A stretch of 64,000 nt of DNA from Desulfovibrio sp. GTDB taxonomy: Bacteria; Desulfobacterota; Desulfovibrionia; Desulfovibrionales; Desulfovibrionaceae. The stretch is from NCBI GenBank assembly GCA_031290615.1, contig JAITNF010000075.1, positions 5,845-69,844 of the forward strand, read 5' to 3'. Positions 9,747-19,880 of this stretch are shown here, piece after piece; the first letter of the stretch is position 1; every line of letters starts with the position of its first letter. The position numbers and the translations under genes were made by a program. Below the pieces are notes generated by a model that saw nothing but the letters and a program-made list of their open reading frames with translations, did no database searches and had not been told where the DNA came from.

Positions 9747-10475
9747 TCAGCGGCGGCTGAAGAAATCGTACCTTGAGGCGGATCCGAGAAATTTTTCGTC
9801 CATATACCGCCACCGCACGGCATCGGTATGGCCTTTCGCGATATTCACGCGTTCTGAAGGCGCGGCTCCCACGATAAAACTCTCCCCGGCGCGCCGCTCG
9901 AACTCCTTAACAAAATCCCCATAACCCATCGGCGGGGAGGAAAGCGAAACAATGCTTTCCGGCAGGCGTTCGCGGTATTCCAGAATAATTTTATCCGTAT
10001 AAAAATTGGCCCGCGCCGCAAATCCGCGCGCTATCCAGCGAACGGGCGCGCCGGCAGCCCCCGGGGCAAGCGTGCCGAAAGGATCACGAGCGCTGTCTAC
10101 AATATAGGTGCAGGCCTGAAATTCCTGATTTCCGACAACTTCCACTCCCTCATTTACACTGAACGGGCGACGCATGATGCCGTCCCAGTACCAGCCGGTC
10201 GGCGCCTCGGCGTGCGCGGCAATGACCATGATGTCCCCGCCGCCGTATACAGCAAGCCACACGCACACCTGAGCGCCTGTCAGCATTTCGCCGGAAACAA
10301 GCTGGGCAAAGCCCTTTCCCGACGCGCGCAGGGGAAGCCCGGCGGCCTGAAGGGAAATGGCTGGCCTGGCCGTGGAAACATAGGCGCCGCCGCTCATGCC
10401 GCGCTGCTGGACGGCGGAACAGCCGAGGAACACCGCGAAAAGAGACATCATACAAATGGCACTCGGAGTTTTCAT
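9747..10475 (-). CDS. Conserved hypothetical lipoprotein (DUF4851-like)
   Basis: Start at ATG 10475 gives MKTPSAICMMSLFAVFLGC with a lipobox; family name from recollection only. Confidence 0.6.
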   Translation of the reverse strand: MKTPSAICMMSLFAVFLGCSAVQQRGMSGGAYVSTARPAISLQAAGLPLRASGKGFAQLVSGEMLTGAQVCVWLAVYGGGDIMVIAAHAEAPTGWYWDGIMRRPFSVNEGVEVVGNQEFQACTYIVDSARDPFGTLAPGAAGAPVRWIARGFAARANFYTDKIILEYRERLPESIVSLSSPPMGYGDFVKEFERRAGESFIVGAAPSERVNIAKGHTDAVRWRYMDEKFLGSASRYDFFSRR

Positions 10476-10509
10476 GGGAACAGCTCCTGTAACATCGTGG
10501 AAAAATAGC

Positions 10510-11403
10510 CTAAACAACGGCCTCATTTTCCATAAATACCCAGTGTAGCAGACGCTTGTGCACACGCAAACGGTACTCCGCCTGACGGCGCAACAGGAAG
10601 GCGGAGCTGGCAAAAATTTCGTCATCCACTGTAATGACATCCAGAGGCGAAGCGCTCAGGAGCACGCGCGCGTTATCAGTGGCCAAAGTCATGAGTTTTG
10701 CGTCCAGATGCCATATCTTCGCTTCATCTTCGTCCAGTTCGCCGTTGCAGCCGGCAAAAATATAGTCAACGCCGCGAACTGCTTCTTCCGGGCTTTCCAC
10801 GAAGGTCACCGGCGTTTGTAAACGCTTTGCGGCCTCCCGCAAAGGCGCGTCATCTACATAAGGCGGCACTGAAACGCGCAGGGCGAAGGGAAAGAAGGCC
10901 GTGGCCTCGACCAGCGACTGCAGGGTGCCGTTGCGGCAGCCTATCCAGACGGCGGTGACATTGCGCAAGTCCTTTGAATTCCACAGCATACAGGATATGT
11001 CCGCAAGGACGTGAGCCGGGTTAGCGTCTGGACTGCCGGCATTGATGACGGGAAAATTTACATTGGCGCTTTCGGAAATCCAAGGTTTCACGGCCAGACC
11101 GTAAGAATACAGGCAGTCCACAAAGTAATCGAAAACAGGCAAAATCTGGCGCTTGTAGCGGCACAATTCTTCCAGCACGCGGGCACTGGGAACCTCATAC
11201 ACCACATACCCGGACATCTGGCGCACGGCCGCCGTCACACAGAGGCGTTCCGGCAGAGACGGGGGGTAAAAAACCAAGGCCGCCGTCCTGTTCAGCATAA
11301 AATCCGTGCGCTCTCCAGTGTCGCGTATACTCATGGCCTGCCGCGTCAAAAGCTGGCATGCCTCTTCGCCCAATTCCCTGATTGTCAATACATGTCTCGG
11401 CAT
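10510..11403 (-). CDS. Ornithine/aspartate carbamoyltransferase-fold protein lacking catalytic motifs
   Basis: Layout matches OTCase (RHVLTIRELG, VINAGS..NPAHVLAD, WIG, PEEAVRGVD, QAEYRLRVHK), but STRT, HPxQ and HCLP are replaced. Confidence 0.75.
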   Translation of the reverse strand: MPRHVLTIRELGEEACQLLTRQAMSIRDTGERTDFMLNRTAALVFYPPSLPERLCVTAAVRQMSGYVVYEVPSARVLEELCRYKRQILPVFDYFVDCLYSYGLAVKPWISESANVNFPVINAGSPDANPAHVLADISCMLWNSKDLRNVTAVWIGCRNGTLQSLVEATAFFPFALRVSVPPYVDDAPLREAAKRLQTPVTFVESPEEAVRGVDYIFAGCNGELDEDEAKIWHLDAKLMTLATDNARVLLSASPLDVITVDDEIFASSAFLLRRQAEYRLRVHKRLLHWVFMENEAVV

Positions 11404-11433
11404 AAACTTTCCCTTTATGTTTCCCCCACTATA

Positions 11434-12150
11434 TCAGGGCCGGCTGAAGCTGTCCAGAAAGGGACGAATGCTATCAAGCCAGACAGTGTATGCTGTGGGG
11501 AGCAGATGCACACCGTCCCGGTCAAAGTCCGCGGCCAGCCTTCCGCCAGCATCGGCAAGACGGGGGTAGAGCCGGATATAGGGCAGATTTTCTTCTATCG
11601 CGGCCTTTTCAAGCCGCGCGTTGATCTCCCTGATACCCTCGTTTATCCGTCCGTCGGCGTCAAAGGGAAACGCCGTCGGCAAAAGGGAACAGACATACAG
11701 TCGCAATTGCGGCAGAGCTTTCCGCAATCGGCGCCATGCGGTCTGATGATTACGCGCAATGAGCTGTGCAATCTTCTCCCTGTCCGGCGGGCTTTCCCCC
11801 GTCCAATCTTCCATGCCCAGATAATCGTTGATGCCGATCTGCAGAAAAACAACGTCGGGATTTTCGGCGATCACAGCAGAAAGTCTTTGCAGAACGCCAT
11901 CTGTTGTGTCGCCATCAATACCGAAGTTGCGGACATCGTATGCCGGAAGCGCCCTGGCCCAGTCAAAACGCCAAGTCAGGCTGTCGCCCAGAAAAAGAAT
12001 GCGTATGGCGCCGCCCCCCTGCTTTTTGCCGTCGGGCAGGTTCCCGGAAAATGGCGCCGCAACGCCGAGCAGGCCGAGGCCCCCGACGATAGACATAAGA
12101 CTCAGCAGGAATGCCACAACCCTCCGGCGTAAGACTCTCCCGGAAATCAT
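11434..12150 (-). CDS. GDSL/SGNH hydrolase, N-terminally anchored or exported
   Basis: FLGDSLT, NFGIDGDTT, QIGIND, DGVHL. Confidence 0.88.
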   Translation of the reverse strand: MISGRVLRRRVVAFLLSLMSIVGGLGLLGVAAPFSGNLPDGKKQGGGAIRILFLGDSLTWRFDWARALPAYDVRNFGIDGDTTDGVLQRLSAVIAENPDVVFLQIGINDYLGMEDWTGESPPDREKIAQLIARNHQTAWRRLRKALPQLRLYVCSLLPTAFPFDADGRINEGIREINARLEKAAIEENLPYIRLYPRLADAGGRLAADFDRDGVHLLPTAYTVWLDSIRPFLDSFSRP

Positions 12151-12155
12151 TCTCG

Positions 12156-12836
12156 CTATTCCTCCTGATTTTCGCGCTCCCCGTTGACGCGCAACACGAG
12201 TTCGTCAAGATTTTCCACGGCCGTCAGCCGGAAGTGCCCCTCCATGGGGGTCACGCGGCCCAGCACCGGATACGTTTCGCCGTTGCCGGCGTCATACACG
12301 ACAAAAGGAACAATCCATTCCTCCCCCTGAGGACGCGGTCTGCCGATCTCACGAATTTCCTTGCGGCCCGTGGACGCATCGGCGAAAATCGGCGCAAGAA
12401 GCCCGCCGGCCGCCGGGCCCGCAGGCGGACGGCCAGCAAAAGCGCCGGATGAAATGCCGTTCAGTACAAAAGCCTTGGCTTCATTGATGAGTATCTTGCG
12501 CACTCGCTCCCCCGCGGCGTCCTGTGTCGCGGCGCGGGAGAAGACCAGAGCCAGCAGGGGCGGCACATTACCCGTTGCCTGCATGGCTTCAGGGTCGCGC
12601 AGAAAAGTATTGAGGGCCGTATTCAAAATGGCACCAGTGTCCACCAGTTTTTCAAAGGCAACCGTGTCTGCAGCGTCTATGGCCTTGCCGATCTCTACGG
12701 GGCAACGCGCGGCGAGATCGGCATCCCCGGGACAAACGGACGCGACGGCAAATGTCGGCGCAAGCAGCAGCAGACAAAAACCTGTACAGAGTTTGCGGCG
12801 GAATTTGCAAAAAACAACACGGAAAAAGGATTTCAC
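12156..12836 (-). CDS. Hypothetical exported protein
   Basis: 226-aa ORF packed in the operon with a hydrophobic signal-like N-terminus. Confidence 0.6.
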   Translation of the reverse strand: MKSFFRVVFCKFRRKLCTGFCLLLLAPTFAVASVCPGDADLAARCPVEIGKAIDAADTVAFEKLVDTGAILNTALNTFLRDPEAMQATGNVPPLLALVFSRAATQDAAGERVRKILINEAKAFVLNGISSGAFAGRPPAGPAAGGLLAPIFADASTGRKEIREIGRPRPQGEEWIVPFVVYDAGNGETYPVLGRVTPMEGHFRLTAVENLDELVLRVNGERENQEE

Positions 12837-12847
12837 CGGAAATTCTC

Positions 12848-13435
12848 TTATAGTCTGAAATCTTTCTCTTCCGGGGGAAAATCAGGACACAATCCACCCG
12901 GCAGAGTCCCCTTGAGGGACAGCGGCAGACCACAACTGACGAATATAACTGTCTGACAGAAGCTGGCCAGGATCTGATTGGCAAGACCCAGCGTATCCTG
13001 AAAACGGCGGGCGATAGGATTGGCTGGCACAACGCCGAGGCCAACTTCCGCGCTGACCAGAGCGGCGGGAAAGTTGAGCGCGGCTAGATATTCCGCGAAC
13101 CGGATCACCCTGGAAAGAGCGTCCTCCCGCGTTAGTCCAGCATACAGCATATTGGCGATCCACATGCTTGCACAGTCAAAGAGCAGCACGCACAGCTCGC
13201 GAGAAAAAAAATACGACTCCAGTGCCTTTTGCGGATCAAGGCCTTCCTCAAGACAGTTCCAGCCTGGACCGCGTTCAGCCTTGTGCCTGTCCACGCGCGC
13301 GACCATTTCCGCATCCTCCGGCACACAACTTGCCAAAAACAAACGGTTATCAGTCTGTCCCCCGGCCCAACGGAGGGCGAGAGCGCTTTTACCACTGCGT
13401 ATGCCACCTGTAAAGAGCAGCACAGGAGCGTTCAT
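12848..13435 (-). CDS. cobU: Bifunctional adenosylcobinamide kinase / adenosylcobinamide-phosphate guanylyltransferase
   Basis: TGGIRSGKS, DAEMVARVDRHKAER, DCASMW, SAEVGLGVVP, RFQDTLG. ATGA overlap with the upstream stop. Confidence 0.9.
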   Translation of the reverse strand: MNAPVLLFTGGIRSGKSALALRWAGGQTDNRLFLASCVPEDAEMVARVDRHKAERGPGWNCLEEGLDPQKALESYFFSRELCVLLFDCASMWIANMLYAGLTREDALSRVIRFAEYLAALNFPAALVSAEVGLGVVPANPIARRFQDTLGLANQILASFCQTVIFVSCGLPLSLKGTLPGGLCPDFPPEEKDFRL

Positions 13436-14637
13436 TGCGACTGCCTGCCCATGCCAATGGCCGACGCGGACGGAGGGGTTGCCGCCGTGGACTGCATATC
13501 GCCCATTCGGGAACAACGCCGCGCCAGGTCCCGCAATACACCTGCCGCGCTACGCACTGAAGCCAGTGACTGCGAGGTGTCGGCGTCGTTCAGGCGGCGC
13601 CCAACCCATTGAGCAAGGAAGAGCAGAGAATCGTCATCCGGCGACTGACCGCCACCCTTGCGGATGTCCGCCGCTAGGGTACGTTGCTCCTCCTCCTTTT
13701 CGTTCAGAGCGCGGCGGCAGCGCGCGCTCTGATTGTCCATGCGCTTACGCGCTTCGTCAATACGGGAGCTTGCGGCGTCATTTTCCCGCAATTGGTCAAT
13801 ATCAAAAACAGCCTGCATCATCTCGCCATTGACACTGACCACGCTTTGCGACGCCTCATCCAGTTTTTTGAGCCGCCCGCCAATATCCGGCACAGCTGCC
13901 ACTCCCTCCAGGTCTCCTGATAGGACGACACTGCGTACGGCAACAGACAAGAGAAGCTGGCACATCTGCTCGGAATTGAAGAATTTTTGCGTACCGCGCT
14001 GTACCAGGATTTCCAGAAAACGATCCACATACAGACCATACAGCCCCTGAATCATGGAGGGAGAAAAGACATAACGCAGTATTTCGGCCCTGTTGCCATG
14101 ATTCCCGCCGCTGTTGGCAAGCCCCGTCATTTTTGTACCATAGTGCTGGTTTATTTCCTGCACGTCGAGGGAAAGAGAGCCTGCGCCACGCCCAGGCCTG
14201 TAATTGGCGACAATATAGTCGGCCAGATCTTCAATAAAGTCAGGGCGCACGGTTGTGTCTGCCGTAACCTTTGGGACTGCAGCCTGTTGCGGCTGAACGG
14301 ACGCCGCTGGATCGGGGGAAATGACCTGTTCCGGCGACACGGGAGTCACGCCGCGCAGGACATCGCTCAAAACAGCCAACGGCGTACCCTGTGTCACACC
14401 GTCAAAGACTGTCGCCGCCTGTTCGCGTAAGGCTACGCGTGTTTCCCCGTCGCGGGTGAGCCAGAATGCCGCACCTCCGACCAGCAGCAGGGCGACAACT
14501 ACCACCAAAATAAATTTCCCGACGCTGGACCTTTTGGGCACAGGGCGGGGGAGCCTGTCAGGCAAGAAGGATGACGACGCTGGGGACGCTTTCAAAATTC
14601 GGGAGGAAGTTTCGTGTTTCATACTTGTCAGATTCAT
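13432..14637 (-). CDS. Hypothetical membrane-anchored periplasmic protein with coiled-coil region
   Basis: GAGGAG RBS before ATG 14637; single TM (FILVVVVALLLVGGAAFWL); long helical C-terminus. Confidence 0.65.
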   Translation of the reverse strand: MNLTSMKHETSSRILKASPASSSFLPDRLPRPVPKRSSVGKFILVVVVALLLVGGAAFWLTRDGETRVALREQAATVFDGVTQGTPLAVLSDVLRGVTPVSPEQVISPDPAASVQPQQAAVPKVTADTTVRPDFIEDLADYIVANYRPGRGAGSLSLDVQEINQHYGTKMTGLANSGGNHGNRAEILRYVFSPSMIQGLYGLYVDRFLEILVQRGTQKFFNSEQMCQLLLSVAVRSVVLSGDLEGVAAVPDIGGRLKKLDEASQSVVSVNGEMMQAVFDIDQLRENDAASSRIDEARKRMDNQSARCRRALNEKEEEQRTLAADIRKGGGQSPDDDSLLFLAQWVGRRLNDADTSQSLASVRSAAGVLRDLARRCSRMGDMQSTAATPPSASAIGMGRQSQ

Positions 14638-14847
14638 GCCTAATCTCCTCATGTCATAATTCCAAATAAAAATCGTGGCCCACAATTTTTATCGGAAATC
14701 CCTTTATGGTTTGAAACTTCCCCTGAAAATCTTGCTCGTAATTCTTCCCTCGGGGAGGGACAATCCACATGGCTTCTGTCCGCCGGGAGTGGAGTCATTC
14801 GATGGATGGAGAGAACTGTGGATGAAACACCGGAATCATAATTCAGA

Positions 14848-14879
14848 TTTTTTGTGCCGCCCCGCGGCGGCACAAAAAA
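14848..14879. terminator. Intrinsic (potentially bidirectional) terminator downstream of the OMP gene
   Basis: ttttttgtgccgcc-ccgc-ggcggcacaaaaaa inverted repeat with T and A tails. Confidence 0.8.
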
Positions 14880-14940
14880 CGGGCAACACAAAAAGCGGAT
14901 ACTGCCGCTGGGATTTCCGCAACGACGTCCAAGCGTAGCC

Positions 14941-15618
14941 CTAGAACATGAAACGAAGACCCAGCAGGAATTCGTTGTTGTAGGGATCGTTGGAAACTTT
15001 AGCTTTACTCCCTTTTATAGAGGTGCTGACCTCGTTGTAGCCGAGGCCCACAAAACGGTAGGCAAGATCCAAGGCAAAACTGTCGTTAAAGTTGAAAGCT
15101 ACACCCGCGCCCGCGTTCCAGGCGAAATTAGTAAAGTGATCGTCCATGGAATATCTTGTGGAATCGTAATCGGTGTAATCGTAACCGGTGTAATTGAAGG
15201 CCATGCCCAGCCCCACGCCGATATATGGGGTGAAGGTGGTATTGTTGTGGAAATCCCAGAAGAAATTGGCAAAGATCGTAGAATTGTTCCATGTGCCCTT
15301 GATGTCTGTCACATTTTTTCCGTTACTGCTCCAGCTTTTCTCGCTGTTACCGCGCAGGACGAATTCGATTTCAGCGCGAACGGGAATCATTTGCTGCGGC
15401 CAGAAGTCATAACCGGCAGCCAGACCGCCTCCCAGAGTAAACTGGCCGTATTGGTCCAGACCCGTACCCTGCAAATACGAAGAACGACTCATTTCCCCCG
15501 TGTTTTGAAAGGACATCAGGAATTTTGGGGCAAGATACATCCCCGTGCCTTCCGCCGCCGCCATATCGGGCAGCAGCAAGGCGAAAGCAAGCACAAAAAC
15601 GGCAATACCACGTTTCAT
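14941..15618 (-). CDS. Outer membrane beta-barrel protein (OmpA/Opa-like 8-stranded family)
   Basis: Signal peptide MKRGIAVFVLAFALLLPDMAAA; PVRAEIEF, FTPYIGVGLG, FAWNAGAGV, LDLAYRF; terminal LRFMF. GAGGAGG RBS. Confidence 0.88.
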   Translation of the reverse strand: MKRGIAVFVLAFALLLPDMAAAEGTGMYLAPKFLMSFQNTGEMSRSSYLQGTGLDQYGQFTLGGGLAAGYDFWPQQMIPVRAEIEFVLRGNSEKSWSSNGKNVTDIKGTWNNSTIFANFFWDFHNNTTFTPYIGVGLGMAFNYTGYDYTDYDSTRYSMDDHFTNFAWNAGAGVAFNFNDSFALDLAYRFVGLGYNEVSTSIKGSKAKVSNDPYNNEFLLGLRFMF

Positions 15619-16109
15619 GACACAAACCTCCTCAAATGTATTTCCCTTCCGTAAAAAAGCAATTCCAAAATCAATCCGGTAATGGCCAATAAGCCGGAAA
15701 CGCAAGAATTTTTATCTTCGCCACTTTTTCAAAAATTGTCAAAATATTTTTTTGTTGGGATCAGTACTCATTAATTGAAATAAAAAATGACACAAGCAGC
15801 CAAACATATTGCTGTAAAGTTATAGAAATTCCTGCGGAGAAGCGATTCAAAAATTATTGCATGGCGTCTGTTTCCGACGACACGTCCGAACATCATACCA
15901 GATTTTTCTGGGAATATAGCAATCCGCAAGGCCAGAGACATTCAGAAGGTTATGTTGCTTAAAGCTGGGAGGATTTGGTGGAGATATAGATGGTAAAGCC
16001 GCCCCGCTGATGCCGGAATTGCCTGAAGACGAACCTGACAATTCTTCCACGTCAGATTCGTACAAAAAATCGTCCAAGCGTTCAAGCCGGTTCGACGATT
16101 TTTTTATCT

Positions 16110-17120
16110 TTACCAGTCACCTTTGCCCGTCGGGCGTTCGGGGAAATGAAGATCACCCGCCGCGTCGCGCAATTGCGCGGCTGTGACGGCACGAATGAAA
16201 AAATTCTCTTCAAGCCATTGCAGAAAAGAATAAATTTTTTTGAAAAGCGCTCTGGAAGCAGACTTGTCCGGCACATTGGGCGATGCGCCGGGCAGCATTT
16301 CCGAGGAGTGCCAGAACAGATGCAGCACCCTGCCACCGCGGAACAGGTGCAGGCGAGTTGCAAAACGCATCATCCGCGCACTGTGCCAGACAGGGTTGGC
16401 GCTGACAGCGCTCCAGAAGTGAAAGGAATCCAGCGGCGCCGAGCTGTGGACACACTTATGCCACAGACGCGCGACAGTCGGAGCAAGCGCGACCTGCGTA
16501 ACTGGCGATTCCAGAAGCCGGATGTCCTGTCGGCTGTCAAGGCCGCCGTACCAGTAAGGGTCTGCCGGCGCAAGAAAGTGATCCGCCCCGTCTCTGAACG
16601 CGCGCAGGGGGCAGACAGAACTGTCCAGTGTGATGCCCGCTTCTTGCAGCAAGGGGCGCAATTCTGATTTCATATCCCATCGTCCCATTCGAAAACTCGT
16701 CAGGGGCATGCTCTGGAATTGCCGGCCCGCTGTCAGAAGGGACTTCAAGCATTGGCGTAGCAGGTCGCGGTCCATCCGGTGCGTACGATCCGGCTGCCCT
16801 GTTTCCACCGTGTTCTCGCGCAGGGGAGGGGTACTCCAGTGGTGCAAGTGCGCCGCTATTTCCGCGCCGCACTTGTCACGCATAAAGGCCAGCACACGCC
16901 GGGCTTCGGGGTTGTCAAAAACCGTGTAGGCGCAAAAAAGCGTGAGCGGAAAGCCCAGTTCCCGCGTAAGAGGAGCCAGACGCGGCAGCAAGGCCACATT
17001 GTGCACACCGCCGGCCGCAGAATAGCGTCCGGAAAAAAGCCCTTCCTCCTCCACGTCCAGACTCACAATGACATACAGAGGAAATTTGCGGGGAGAAGGG
17101 GCGTTTGCATCTTTTTTCAT
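16110..17120 (-). CDS. WalW-like polysaccharide deacetylase family protein
   Basis: SLDVEEEG, AHLHHW, SFRMGRW, DSSVCP, FWHSSE motifs. ATGA overlap with the GT4 stop. Confidence 0.75.
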   Translation of the reverse strand: MKKDANAPSPRKFPLYVIVSLDVEEEGLFSGRYSAAGGVHNVALLPRLAPLTRELGFPLTLFCAYTVFDNPEARRVLAFMRDKCGAEIAAHLHHWSTPPLRENTVETGQPDRTHRMDRDLLRQCLKSLLTAGRQFQSMPLTSFRMGRWDMKSELRPLLQEAGITLDSSVCPLRAFRDGADHFLAPADPYWYGGLDSRQDIRLLESPVTQVALAPTVARLWHKCVHSSAPLDSFHFWSAVSANPVWHSARMMRFATRLHLFRGGRVLHLFWHSSEMLPGASPNVPDKSASRALFKKIYSFLQWLEENFFIRAVTAAQLRDAAGDLHFPERPTGKGDW

Positions 17121-18202
17121 GCTGGCTTCCGCCTGTTTTCCCACAAACGCGTGAAAAGCACTTCGTGCTCCGCCGCCATGCGGCTGAAGGAAAAATCCCG
17201 TTCCACTCGCTCCCTGCCTGCGCGGCCCATATCGTCGCAACGGCGTGGTTCACAGAGCAGGGACAGACAGTTGTCGGCGAGCACGCGGGCATCTCCGACC
17301 GGGGAAAACAGGCCGTTGTCCTCCACAAGTGCCGGAATGCCCCCAACAGCGGTGGCACAGACCGGTAGGCCGCAGGCCATGGCCTCCAACAGCACGTTGG
17401 GCTGACCTTCACGGACGGAGGCGAGGGCAAACAACCGGGCTTCGCCGTAATGGGGGAACACGTCGTCCGTGCCGGGGAAAAAGTCGATGTTGCTTCCGGC
17501 GGCATGATTTGCGGCCCAAGCACGCAGGGTGGATCTTTCCGGCCCATCGCCCACAATGCGTAGGCGAGCACGCGGCATGCTCTGTAAAATGTGTTCGAAC
17601 GCCCGGAAGAGCGTCAGGTGATCCTTGTCGCGGGCCAGACGTGCCACACACAGAATCAACGGCGGGCGTGCCGAGGGATGAGGTTCCGCAGGGGCAAAGC
17701 GGTGCGAGTCAATGCCGTTGAAGATGCAGGTCAGATGCCCAGCAGGCGCGCCGAGAGACAGGAGTGTCTCGCGCAGTGCTCGGGAATTGCAGATTATATG
17801 GTCCGTCAGGCGCCAAAGCAGGCGCTCGTGCTGGCGGCGCGGCCCGCCGCCGCCCCTGCATGTGCCCACGATAACTGGCGTTCCGGCCGGCCGGCCCCAT
17901 ATCCGGCCCCAGATGTTGGGCAAAGCCGTGCAGGTGACAAGGATGTCCGGCCTGTGTATTTTTAGCGCCCTGTGAAGGCGTAGAAAGAACAGGGTGGGCA
18001 CGTCACGGCCCGTGCCCAGGTGGTTGAGTGATATTCCGGCCTCAAGAGCAACATCGTCCATGTCTGTCCTGCCGGCGAGCGTCAGCATAGCCGGGACAAA
18101 ACGCGACCTGTCCAGGCGGCGCGCAAGCTCCAGCGTCTGGCGTTGTGTGCCCCCGAAACAGAGGTCTTCCATAAGAAAAAGAATGTTTAGCGGCTGCGTC
18201 AT
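17117..18202 (-). CDS. Glycosyltransferase family 4 (GT-B)
   Basis: GGTQRQ, CNSRA, VARLARDKDH, EGQPNVLLEAMACGLPV. Confidence 0.9.
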   Translation of the reverse strand: MTQPLNILFLMEDLCFGGTQRQTLELARRLDRSRFVPAMLTLAGRTDMDDVALEAGISLNHLGTGRDVPTLFFLRLHRALKIHRPDILVTCTALPNIWGRIWGRPAGTPVIVGTCRGGGGPRRQHERLLWRLTDHIICNSRALRETLLSLGAPAGHLTCIFNGIDSHRFAPAEPHPSARPPLILCVARLARDKDHLTLFRAFEHILQSMPRARLRIVGDGPERSTLRAWAANHAAGSNIDFFPGTDDVFPHYGEARLFALASVREGQPNVLLEAMACGLPVCATAVGGIPALVEDNGLFSPVGDARVLADNCLSLLCEPRRCDDMGRAGRERVERDFSFSRMAAEHEVLFTRLWENRRKPA

Positions 18203-18470
18203 TTGCTATACCGTCATCAAACCCGAAATCCTTTACTCTCAGCGTCCGGAGGTTTCAGATGCCGTATTGGTTGAATGTTATTGCAGAGCTTTCTGCGCCG
18301 GAAAACCGCGCAATGTGTTGATTCCATGCCCGGATCCGGATATGTATCTTGTCTCGCATAATTGAACCAAAATACAATACACTCCGTAAAAATTCAAGTC
18401 ACGGCGGCATGACATATCAGCGCGTTGAAAATGCTTTACGGATCCCAGGATCGGGCGGTTAGAAGATCTG

Positions 18471-19871
18471 TTATGTCTCTTCAAACGGCGGCGGCGGCCG
18501 CCAGGCCCACAACAGGGTTAGGAGCGGGGACAGTCCGGCGATTTCTGCCACTTCACGAGGCGCAACAAGGACCGCGCTCTGCCACAGGATAAAGGAGGAT
18601 GCCGCTGCAGCTAAAAGCAGTCCCCATTGGCCGGTGGACATGGGTTTGACGGTCCACTGGAAAAAGAAAACCGTAAGCGCCGCCACCCAGATTTTTGTCA
18701 CCGTCAGGGAAAGGGCCGCGCCTTCCAACGGCGCGGCCGGAATGAGCGCGCAGCAGCAGACAATGTTGACAATGAGCCCACTCAGGTAAAACAGAAAAAG
18801 CAAATTGTGCCGCCGCATGCCTATCATGACGTAGGCGGCCAGATTGTGCAGAAAGGCCGTGGCGAGACATGGGGTGAGCAGTCGCTGGGCCGTGACGGCA
18901 ACGCGGTAATCTTGGCCGTAGATGAAGGGCAGAAGCCTGTCGCTCTCGACGCAGATCACAAAAATCATCGGCAGGGACGCCGCCCAGAGGGAGCGTGCCG
19001 TCTGGCCGGAAAGTCTGTGGAAAGTCTGGCGATCTTCACTCCACAGGCGCGTCAGAAGTGGGAAAATCACCTTGCCCAAAAGTGCGCCGGAAAGCAGCAC
19101 CGTAAGCCCCTCCACCATCTCCCAGGCCACGCTGTAGCCACCGACAGCCCCGTCTCCCCCGTACTGTTTGAGAAAAAAGACGTTGATCTTGTTATAAAAC
19201 ATGGCGCAAAGGCTTATGCCGGTGAAAACAATGCCGTGTTTCATCCGGCGCGCCAGACGCAACGAGTCCGTAAAGCTGATTCCAGCCAGTGGATTACGAC
19301 CCAAGGCAAGGCAGGCGAAAGCCATGCAGAGAAGGGATTCCACCATTTTGTACATGGCGATCATGAGCGGCGGTGTATCAAGCAAAATACAGACAAAACC
19401 GTAACCGATGCCGATGAGCGCGGAAGGCGCACGTATGCGCATTTCCATATCCTGGCGTCCACGCGCCTCGCAGAGCCCGAAAAAGGATTCGCTCACTCCG
19501 TCAAGACCGAAGCCAGCCGCGACGCAGATGACGACAAGACGCAGTTCCGGCGTGTAATCCTGCACGCCAGTCGCCGCCCAGGCAATGCAGAGCGCCACCA
19601 GCAAAAGCGTGAGTTTGAGCCAGGTAACGCCGCCGAGCAGAACAAGGGGACGTATTTCCCGGCGGGCAAAGGAAGAAAGCAAAAAATCCGTAAGGCCCAC
19701 ATCCGCCACTGTTTTGACAAGATAACCGTATGACAGGGCCAGCATGATCTGCCCCAGCATATCCTTGCTGTGGCGGGCGAGAAGGATGGTGAAAGCTGCC
19801 CAGGCCAAGTCGCGCGCCCACTGCGCGCCCACGATATATCCGAGTCGCCTGGGGATGCTTTTCAGCTTCAT
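18471..19871 (-). CDS. Wzx-like oligosaccharide flippase (MOP superfamily)
   Basis: About 12-14 TM segments; DVGLTDF, AVGGYSVAWEMV, LGKVIFPLLTRL, YGQDY, PLEGAALS. Confidence 0.8.
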   Translation of the reverse strand: MKLKSIPRRLGYIVGAQWARDLAWAAFTILLARHSKDMLGQIMLALSYGYLVKTVADVGLTDFLLSSFARREIRPLVLLGGVTWLKLTLLLVALCIAWAATGVQDYTPELRLVVICVAAGFGLDGVSESFFGLCEARGRQDMEMRIRAPSALIGIGYGFVCILLDTPPLMIAMYKMVESLLCMAFACLALGRNPLAGISFTDSLRLARRMKHGIVFTGISLCAMFYNKINVFFLKQYGGDGAVGGYSVAWEMVEGLTVLLSGALLGKVIFPLLTRLWSEDRQTFHRLSGQTARSLWAASLPMIFVICVESDRLLPFIYGQDYRVAVTAQRLLTPCLATAFLHNLAAYVMIGMRRHNLLFLFYLSGLIVNIVCCCALIPAAPLEGAALSLTVTKIWVAALTVFFFQWTVKPMSTGQWGLLLAAAASSFILWQSAVLVAPREVAEIAGLSPLLTLLWAWRPPPPFEET

Positions 19872-19880
19872 TTGAGCGAA

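Noticed and set aside
14761-14824. DnaA-box-like 9-mers (caatccaca, tgtggatga)
   Set aside because: Only two imperfect boxes, no AT-rich unwinding repeats and no dnaA context; not enough for oriC.
15847-16100. Short ORFs downstream of the WalW-like gene
   Set aside because: Possible remnant of another glycan gene, but no convincing motif in any frame.
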